The notes under the pieces were generated by a model. The model did not search any database. It saw nothing but the letters and a program-made list of their open reading frames with translations, and had not been told where the DNA came from. DNA of 64,000 nt from Candidatus Latescibacterota bacterium. Lineage in GTDB: Bacteria; Latescibacterota; CBDEFO01. Where the stretch lies: assembly GCA_965237525.1 (NCBI GenBank), contig CBDEFO010000008.1, positions 1,912,494 to 1,976,493 of the forward strand. The letters are read 5' to 3'. The position numbers and the translations under genes are program-made. Each line of letters opens with the position of its first letter. The stretch's first letter is position 1. This document shows, piece after piece, positions 57,261 to 64,000 of the stretch.

Positions 57261-59153
57261 ATGAAGACATTAATCAGAGGTTTCTGTGCACTCAGCATTC
57301 TAATTGCTGCGTCGGCTGTTGTTTCAGCTCACCAGCCATCTGGTGGCATCTTTCCGGTTTTTCAGTTTCCCGAAAACGCCTTGCCGCGGATAGACGGCGA
57401 TTTAAGCGATTGGGATATGGTCCCAGAGAAGTTCTGGATAACTCTGGACAATAATTTCGGAAAGAGCGAGGTAATGCCGTCAGGAGCGTATACTTATCAT
57501 CCTATCTGGAGAGATTTCGATCTTGCCGATTTGAACGTAAAGTGCATCGTAGGCTGGAATGAGAAGACAAACCGTATCTACGTTATGGCTGAAGTAGTGG
57601 ACGACTATCTCCACAATTCACGTGAAAACCCCTCACGTTATGACTGGGACGACGACATCAATTTGGTAATCGATGCCGACCACAGCGGGGGAAAGCTCTT
57701 CAAGAAAAGATGGGAATACTTACCTCGAGAAGAGCAAGAGCAGTTGTTCTATACGACTGGCCAGCTTTACACTATGCTGGTACCGCCTATAGACGGCTAT
57801 TACAGCTTTATGTACTTTCTGGACGGCGGCACCTTCTGGTGGTTGACGGATGGGACACGTGACCTTGCTCCTGATTATCTAAAGACAGGCTGGACACGCA
57901 CAGGCGAAACAGGAGGACCTGGTACTTATACTTATGAGTATATGGTAACCCCCTGGGAGTTGCTGAGTCCTGACGGTCCTGATTCGAGCACAATAGTGGA
58001 TCTAGAGGAAGGGAAGATCATACACCTCGGGTTTCTGTTCAAGGATTACGATACCTTTGAGAGCTACGAGGGGTCGTATGATTTTCCTCCCATGCACGAA
58101 GTCTGGCGCAACGCTGACCTTGCTGCCGACTTCGTGCTGTTACCAATTGGCGGCGATCTGCGTACTATCGCGGGCACGGTTACCAACTTGAGGCACTATA
58201 GAAAGGGGGTCCCGCTTCTAAAGGACCTGCCCGGGTGGTTCTTCGGACTTCGGTACCTTTTCGGAGTCAGCAGAAAAGATTTAGAACCCTATGGGGGATT
58301 GGTCATCGAGGCCTACCGAGGCGATCAGCCGGCGGGGAGTGCCCATACGGACGCAGAAGGACAGTACAATTTGATGGTGATGCCCGGGGAATACACCTTG
58401 GGGGTGCCTGGGGGACAGGGTGTGGAGGCTCCCCAGGTGGCAGGACTCACTGTGCGTGCGGGGCAGGAGACTAATGCCGATTTTGAAGTGACTCCGATCG
58501 AGCTGCCTAAGGTGCTGGAGCCATCTATAGCCGGGTACCAACTTAAGTGGTACAATGAACCGCTTATGAAGACCGAGCTAAGTATTATTCACATGAGCTT
58601 GGGAGTGGACGTCAAGCGCTATTCCTACGAAATACCCGACTTTCACTACATCTGCTATTCATATGAGCGCTACATAGAGGGCCAGAAGCAGCAGAGATTG
58701 GGGCGTGATGGCGAACTCATAGACTGGACATCTGGAGGAATATCGGGTGCGTCAGGGGGTAAGAACATCATATCGCTTATCTTCCGCAGAACAGACGAAA
58801 TGCTTCATATATGGCACGCGACAAAGGGCGGCGGTGGAACTCTGGGTCGAGTTAACATCGAGGGCTATTACCCGAGAGGAGATGTAAGATATGGAGAGTC
58901 TCTGGCTGTGGGCAAAAGGTCGCTTGTTCATGTATGGGTTGCTGATAGCGCCGGAAATATTGAACGCTACTTGGAAAGAGGCCGACTTTCACCCCAGCGG
59001 ACTGTGGAGGAGATCGCCTCCGAATATGGTCTTGTGGTAGCTATATACGCCGAACTTGAATGCAAAGAAGCGGAGTGGATAAAGCGTAAAGTGGAAAAAG
59101 TCACAGAGCAGAGAAAGCGCCAGAAGAAGGGCAAAACAAAAAACCCTGAATGA
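57261..59153 (+). CDS. Secreted hypothetical protein with carboxypeptidase-regulatory-like beta-sandwich segment
   Basis: Signal peptide …SAVVSA. Segment GLVIEAYRGDQPAGSAHTDAEGQYNLMVMPGEYTL. K-rich C-terminus. Confidence 0.45.
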   Translation: MKTLIRGFCALSILIAASAVVSAHQPSGGIFPVFQFPENALPRIDGDLSDWDMVPEKFWITLDNNFGKSEVMPSGAYTYHPIWRDFDLADLNVKCIVGWNEKTNRIYVMAEVVDDYLHNSRENPSRYDWDDDINLVIDADHSGGKLFKKRWEYLPREEQEQLFYTTGQLYTMLVPPIDGYYSFMYFLDGGTFWWLTDGTRDLAPDYLKTGWTRTGETGGPGTYTYEYMVTPWELLSPDGPDSSTIVDLEEGKIIHLGFLFKDYDTFESYEGSYDFPPMHEVWRNADLAADFVLLPIGGDLRTIAGTVTNLRHYRKGVPLLKDLPGWFFGLRYLFGVSRKDLEPYGGLVIEAYRGDQPAGSAHTDAEGQYNLMVMPGEYTLGVPGGQGVEAPQVAGLTVRAGQETNADFEVTPIELPKVLEPSIAGYQLKWYNEPLMKTELSIIHMSLGVDVKRYSYEIPDFHYICYSYERYIEGQKQQRLGRDGELIDWTSGGISGASGGKNIISLIFRRTDEMLHIWHATKGGGGTLGRVNIEGYYPRGDVRYGESLAVGKRSLVHVWVADSAGNIERYLERGRLSPQRTVEEIASEYGLVVAIYAELECKEAEWIKRKVEKVTEQRKRQKKGKTKNPE

Positions 59154-59488
59154 AAGAGAACCTGAGCATCGGGTTCAATTGAGCTAATTTTATATTCCAA
59201 AGAGTAGACAATGAAAAATACAGTTGTTGTATATTTTCAGATATTGATTCTAAGTCTTCTCTCAACGACCCCTAGTCTTGGTAAAAGCATCTCTCTTCTT
59301 TCCGAGACTCAGGTATCCATCACGGGCTCGTCGAGCGATACCTATTTCTACCAGACAGAAGTCGTGGGGAATATCGCCATCATCGGCACGCGCCGCGCCG
59401 GGACGAATGGTGGCAGGATTCACGACAGAGATAGAAACTGCAGCCAGAAGACTATTACCAACAAGAAAATATCGATAGGGGGACTCTC

Positions 59489-60748
59489 ATGAGAATCACC
59501 GAAATCGAGCCTATTTCCCTGCATGTGCCCTACGAGGCACGCATTCGCAGGCAGTTTTACCATTTCAATATGAGTGAAGAGGTGACGGTCTACAAATTTC
59601 ATACCGATTCGGGCCTTATCGGCCTGGGGGAAAACATAGGAGCCCCTTACGGACAGGACCAGCTAAACGCCTATCTCGGCACGGATCCGTTCGATCATAT
59701 ATTGGGCCAGGGGTTTTTCAACCTCGACATGGCCTGCTATGATCTGATGGGCAAGCACCTGGACCTTCCGGCCTGGAAACTGATGGGCCAGCAGGTGCGG
59801 CAATGGGTGGTCATGGGATGGTGGATGCCATGTATGTCCCCTGAGGACAGCGCCGCCGAAGTTCAGGTGGCTGCAGAGCGCGGGTACCGCGGGCTCAAAT
59901 GCAAGGCCAGGGCGTTCTACGATGTAGTCGAGCAATCTGAGGCGATTCAGGAGATTGCACCGCCTGACTTTCGTGTGGAGTACGATTTCAACGGTTCGTT
60001 AATGAATGTGGAGAAGGCCCTGCCTATCCTGCGGAAATTGGAGAAGTTTCCGGTGGTCAAGGGCCTGGAAGAACCGATCTTCGCCCACGATGTCGAGGGT
60101 TGGCGCCGCCTCCACCGGGAGATACAGATCCCGTTCTACCTGCACGGTGTACATGTCGTTCTTGAGGGTCCTTCGCGCGCTCCTTCGGGACCCTGGATTG
60201 GACTCCGCGCGGGCGACTTCGAGGGCGCACTCTGCAGCCACGATTCGATCAAGGGCGCTCTTTCGGCTAGCTGGGTCTTTACTGCGGCGAACACCCCTAT
60301 TCTGCTGCAGTATGTGGGCACCGGAATTACCACGGCATTTGCCTGCAATCTGGGAGCCGTAATGCCGATGGCCACCCTGCCGGCGGTGACGGCCAGTCAC
60401 ACCTATGAAGATGACCTGATCGTGGAGGCTCATACGGTCCAGCGGGGATTCATGAAGGTCCCTGGGGGACCGGGCCTGGGAGTGGAGTTAGATGAGGATG
60501 CGGTGAAGCGTTATTCGCAGACTTCCGCACCCGAATGGCCCCGGCATATCTCCGTCGTTACCCTGACCGGAGGGATAAAACACTACTACCGGAATTTGCA
60601 GCAGGCCGAAAATCTCATGAAGCTGGGGGTGGACGAATCCTACGCTCCAGGTGTCAGACTGGGCGAATGGGAGGATGACGGCAGCGATAAATTTGACAGT
60701 CTCTGGAAGCGCCTGCAAGAGAGCGATTGGCCAGTGTGGGAGGAGTAG
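59489..60748 (+). CDS. Enolase-superfamily enzyme (MR/MLE-like), paralog of 16438..17691
   Basis: Collinear with the first paralog (…KCKARAFYD… DFRVEYDFNGSL…LRKLEKF…) including a ~100-aa C-terminal extension. Confidence 0.7.
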   Translation: MRITEIEPISLHVPYEARIRRQFYHFNMSEEVTVYKFHTDSGLIGLGENIGAPYGQDQLNAYLGTDPFDHILGQGFFNLDMACYDLMGKHLDLPAWKLMGQQVRQWVVMGWWMPCMSPEDSAAEVQVAAERGYRGLKCKARAFYDVVEQSEAIQEIAPPDFRVEYDFNGSLMNVEKALPILRKLEKFPVVKGLEEPIFAHDVEGWRRLHREIQIPFYLHGVHVVLEGPSRAPSGPWIGLRAGDFEGALCSHDSIKGALSASWVFTAANTPILLQYVGTGITTAFACNLGAVMPMATLPAVTASHTYEDDLIVEAHTVQRGFMKVPGGPGLGVELDEDAVKRYSQTSAPEWPRHISVVTLTGGIKHYYRNLQQAENLMKLGVDESYAPGVRLGEWEDDGSDKFDSLWKRLQESDWPVWEE

Positions 60749-60992
60749 AGAGTGGAGAATGAAGAGCGTCTGTATCCTACCAGATGACATTGGGGTCGTT
60801 CTGGACGAACCTAACTCTGAGGATGTGACCGACGTCTACCGGGTAGTGGTCGAGGCCCAAATATGAGGAGTCATAAGCATTGAATGTCTACGTAATTAGC
60901 CGACACTGAAATGACGCTCCAACTAGCCGGAGCAACATTCAGTTTCGGTGACCTTACACTGTAAGAAGCCAAGTATAAGTGCTTCGGTATAT

Positions 60993-61033
60993 CCCCGACC
61001 CTCGATAGAGTCATTCGGGGGTTCAATTGGGGA
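60993..61033. repeat. Degenerate REP-like copy (reverse) plus half-repeat
   Basis: CCCCGACCCTCGATAGAGTCATTCGGGGGTTCAATTGGGGA. Confidence 0.45.
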
Positions 61034-61061
61034 CGAAGCATCACAGACAAAGGAGAGGATA

Positions 61062-62039
61062 ATGAACGTTCCGCCGACGGACGGGATGCGAGTTTCTGTA
61101 CAGGACCTTCGCAAGCTGGTGGCGTCCATATACCGGGGAGTTCCCGTTCCCGAGGATCACGCCCAACTGATCGCCGATCTCCTGATCGACACGGAGCTGC
61201 GCGGCGTCGTCAGTCACGGGGTTGTGCAGGTCGAACGCTATGTGCGCGCCTTCCAGGAGGGTAAAGCCAATGCGCACCCCAACGTTCGGGTTCTGAAGGA
61301 AGGTCCTGTGACAGCGGCCCTGGATGGAGACGGCGGTCTCGGGATGATCGTCGCCACGAAGGCCATGCAGATGGCAATAGCTAAAGCCAAGAAGATGGGG
61401 GTCGGAGTCACTACAAGTACCTACCACGATCACCTTGGGAGTTCGGGAAAGTATATCCGGATGGCCCTGCGCGATGACCTGATCGGGATTAGCTTCTCGG
61501 GTAGGAACGCATCGCCGAGCTACGACTACAACAGCACCATTCAAGGTTCGATACAGGGGAGTCCGCCGCTCGCCTTCGGCATGCCTTCCGGGCCCGATCA
61601 GCCGTACTTCATGCTGGACCTGGGCAGTCACATGGAGTGGGATGAGGAGTGCTTCAAGAAGATGCCTCAGGTCTTCTTCAGGTGCATCGGGTTCTCGCAC
61701 GTGGCCAACATCATGAGCGGCACCCTTGGGGGTCAGATGCTTCCGGAGTTCAACCGCCAGAACGTCAAGTACACCGGCGCCAACCAATCCGGGTTCTTCA
61801 TGGCCCTTGACATCGAGTGTTTCGTCTCGCTCCAGGCCTTCAAGGACGATATGAACCGTCTGATGGAAGAGACAAGCAAGATGAAGCCCTTTCCGGGCTA
61901 TTCCGAATCTAGCCTCCCCGGTGGACGCGCGTGGAAGAAGGAGAAAGAATATTTGCAGGATGGCATTCCCATCTCCGAGACCGCAGTTAAATCGTTGGAG
62001 AAATTGGCTCTTGAATTCGGCCTTCCTGTTCCCTGGTAG
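61062..62039 (+). CDS. Ldh_2-family (malate/L-lactate/sulfolactate-type) NAD(P)-dependent dehydrogenase
   Basis: GGAG RBS. Ldh_2 fold landmarks (…HGVVQVERY…, …HLGSSGKY…, …GISFSG…). Confidence 0.6.
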   Translation: MNVPPTDGMRVSVQDLRKLVASIYRGVPVPEDHAQLIADLLIDTELRGVVSHGVVQVERYVRAFQEGKANAHPNVRVLKEGPVTAALDGDGGLGMIVATKAMQMAIAKAKKMGVGVTTSTYHDHLGSSGKYIRMALRDDLIGISFSGRNASPSYDYNSTIQGSIQGSPPLAFGMPSGPDQPYFMLDLGSHMEWDEECFKKMPQVFFRCIGFSHVANIMSGTLGGQMLPEFNRQNVKYTGANQSGFFMALDIECFVSLQAFKDDMNRLMEETSKMKPFPGYSESSLPGGRAWKKEKEYLQDGIPISETAVKSLEKLALEFGLPVPW

Positions 62040-62120
62040 AGGGGGAGAAGCGCAGTAATTACGCTCGTACTTTGGAGATGAAGTACGTGTGGTAGGTGTG
62101 CACGGATCGTGATCCCTGAT

Positions 62121-62141
62121 CCCCGATTGCGTCTAGTGGGG
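62121..62141. repeat. Degenerate REP-like copy (forward)
   Basis: CCCCGATTGCGTCTAGTGGGG. Confidence 0.45.
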
Positions 62142-62370
62142 AGGGATGTTTCGGGCGTTTTCTGTTTGTGCTGACTTTGAAAGGGTAAACGGTTCGAAGA
62201 AGAGCGGGATGCGAAGGTGCAGGTCCCCGTCTGGCCGACCTTGGGAGGGAATAAAGTTTCGGCGATAGGGAGGCCGGCCAAGGCAAGACAGCCGCACTGC
62301 CGAAGATAAGATCTTTGCCTAATGTTTCTTGACAATTTGTGGCATCAAGTGCAAACCGTAGGTGATCTAT

Positions 62371-63195
62371 ATGACTGAAATAGAAAAGTACGAGTTCGAC
62401 CGCCAAGGATATCTTATTATCAAAGATATGCTCAAGGAGCAGGAAGTAAAAAAACTGGCAGCAGCGGTTAATGAACTGGAAGACCATGCACTGCGGCACG
62501 TGGATCTGCCGCCGCGGAAGGTCAGCGCGTGGGGGCCTGAATACCATTTCAATGAGGAAAGGGGTTACTACGTTCGGGGGTCGAATAAGCAGGGCGAGAC
62601 TCTGATGATTGAGGATTTCTGGAATGCTGATCTGGCCTTTGATTTGCTGGTCAACGATGCATCGACAATGGCCTATATGCGGGCCATTATCCAGGGCCAC
62701 AGCACCATCAATAATTCGGAGATCCGTATACGCTATCCCGGCAACGCCTCCCGTACCCATCTGGGCGGACCGGTAGGTCCCAAGTACCGTTATGCGTTTA
62801 ATGCCGATGGTATTGACTGTATGATGGTACGTATGATTTATTTTGTGCATGATGTGAGCAATGAGCAGGGAGCCTTTTGTGTGGTCCCTGGCACTCATAA
62901 GAGCAACTTTGTCTCGCCCTATGGCGATAACCCGGATGAGGAACCGGGCATGATCGGTCTGGAGGTGAAGGCTGGCGATGCGATCTTGTTTACGGAAAAT
63001 CTTCGGCACGGGAGATTGACCAACCGTTCCCCGCAGGTTCGTAAGACGCTGTATGTGGGATATGGTCCGGCCTGGATGATGTCGCAGAATATCGCTACGA
63101 TGGATGAACCGCAGTATTTGAAGGAAGAGACTCTGATGCGCTATGATGTGGATCAGCAGAATCTGTTCAGGGCCTGGCCCCTAGGAGCGGATTGA
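62371..63195 (+). CDS. Phytanoyl-CoA dioxygenase (PhyH)-family Fe(II)/2-oxoglutarate oxygenase
   Basis: N-terminal …YEFDRQGYLIIKDML. H.D…H triad candidates (HDVSNEQGAFCVVPGTHK … RHGR). Confidence 0.6.
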   Translation: MTEIEKYEFDRQGYLIIKDMLKEQEVKKLAAAVNELEDHALRHVDLPPRKVSAWGPEYHFNEERGYYVRGSNKQGETLMIEDFWNADLAFDLLVNDASTMAYMRAIIQGHSTINNSEIRIRYPGNASRTHLGGPVGPKYRYAFNADGIDCMMVRMIYFVHDVSNEQGAFCVVPGTHKSNFVSPYGDNPDEEPGMIGLEVKAGDAILFTENLRHGRLTNRSPQVRKTLYVGYGPAWMMSQNIATMDEPQYLKEETLMRYDVDQQNLFRAWPLGAD

Positions 63196-63332
63196 ATCAA
63201 AGATATGCATCATCTACATTAAAGAGTATAAGGGGAAGCCTGAGATTATTTTAAGCGATCCGAGCCAAATAGAGGTGTTGGAGTAACTAAGTGTCCACCA
63301 TCTGAATAATCTACCAGTGATCGGACATTTTA

Positions 63333-63581
63333 TTGGTGAACAAGGAGGAATCATCCATGACGTCCCATGCACAGGACTTGCAGATCGTACGGGAGCGACT
63401 GGAGAAGGTAGAGAGGCAATATCATAGGCTCAAGAGTATAGTAACTGTCGGTTTGGTTATCGCCGGCACGATCTTGGTGATGGGACAAACTCTACCTAAA
63501 AGTCGGACTGTAGAGGCTGAAAGATTCTTTCTTCGTGGCAAGGATGGGAATAGACATGTTGGAGGGATAAGATGCTGTTGA
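63333..63581 (+). CDS. Small hypothetical membrane-anchored protein
   Basis: 82-aa ORF with one hydrophobic helix. Overlaps the start of the next ORF. Confidence 0.3.
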   Translation: MVNKEESSMTSHAQDLQIVRERLEKVERQYHRLKSIVTVGLVIAGTILVMGQTLPKSRTVEAERFFLRGKDGNRHVGGIRCC

Positions 63582-64000
63582 TAAGTGGACAGGGTCCCGG
63601 TTATCCAAAGATCTGGCATGCAGCGGATATGCCGATCGAGGAGCGCTTGAAGCTCCACGTCAGAGGGCACTACGAACCCGTGCGACCTCTTGAAGCTGGA
63701 GAATATGTCACGATCACTTTTCACTTTGAAGTAGGCGAAGAGAAAATCGCCGGCGGGGGACGGCTCGGAATCGCTTGGCGTTGGCCCTTTGACTGGGGGG
63801 ACCTGCAGTCGGAGGATCCGAAGGGAGACGGATATATGGCAGTCTCAACCGCCGCCTCAGAGGTAGACATAGAAGCGACGTATCATCGTAAGGGCGGCGT
63901 TGATCCATGGCCTCACTATATCTCCTTGGAGGTGATTCGCGGGTATCTGGCGCGCGGCGACCGGGTGTGTCTGGTATGCGGCGATCGAACAGGGGGCAGT
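63572..64000 (+). CDS. Hypothetical protein, 3'-partial (runs off window end)
   Basis: Open frame from ATG 63572 to the window edge with no stop. Not in the supplied ORF track because it is incomplete. Confidence 0.35.
   Translation, partial: MLLISGQGPGYPKIWHAADMPIEERLKLHVRGHYEPVRPLEAGEYVTITFHFEVGEEKIAGGGRLGIAWRWPFDWGDLQSEDPKGDGYMAVSTAASEVDIEATYHRKGGVDPWPHYISLEVIRGYLARGDRVCLVCGDRTGGS

Noticed and set aside
140-62141. The recurring 21-bp palindrome could be mistaken for a CRISPR repeat
   Set aside because: Copies are scattered singly or in pairs with irregular spacing from ~80 bp to 12 kb, sit on both strands, and have no uniform spacers. No cas genes are present.

Overview
This 64-kb window looks like a chromosomal segment of an uncultivated Gram-negative bacterium, probably FCB-group-like. 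The inference rests on a T9SS-type C-terminal sorting domain, a GldA/GldF/GldG-like ABC module, a MoxR/BatA–E aerotolerance-type cluster and about 52% GC. Housekeeping genes include gcvT, polA, ispG, rdgB, cdaA, sppA, an HU gene, tRNA-Sec (anticodon UCA) and tRNA-Arg (anticodon CCU). Mobile and repeat content is unusually dense. (1) Three near-identical ~1.52-kb DDE insertion sequences with 13-bp terminal inverted repeats (TIRs) and their own 4-bp target-site duplications (TSDs). One copy splits an FG-GAP/dockerin-like gene; two copies in inverted orientation bracket cdaA and a sigma-54 activator. (2) A degenerate IS3 copy. (3) A ~3-kb unit bounded by 27-bp imperfect inverted repeats and a perfect 15-bp direct repeat. 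It carries an IS256-like transposase N-terminal remnant and an LRR–Roc–COR (ROCO) GTPase gene. (4) A dispersed family of at least 18 REP-like palindromes with core CCCCGAT-N7-ATCGGGG, some embedded in ~105-bp MITE-like composites. One copy sits inside the IS3 orfB, one sits in-frame inside a CDS, and two flank a small FmdB-type zinc-ribbon gene in inverted orientation. Several genes carry frameshifts or nonsense codons (LOG family, M24 peptidase, a discoidin-like paralog, the FG-GAP gene); these are either real decay or homopolymer consensus errors. Small discrepancies of ±1–2 nt in coordinates are possible. Functional calls rest on motif recognition by eye, not on database searches.
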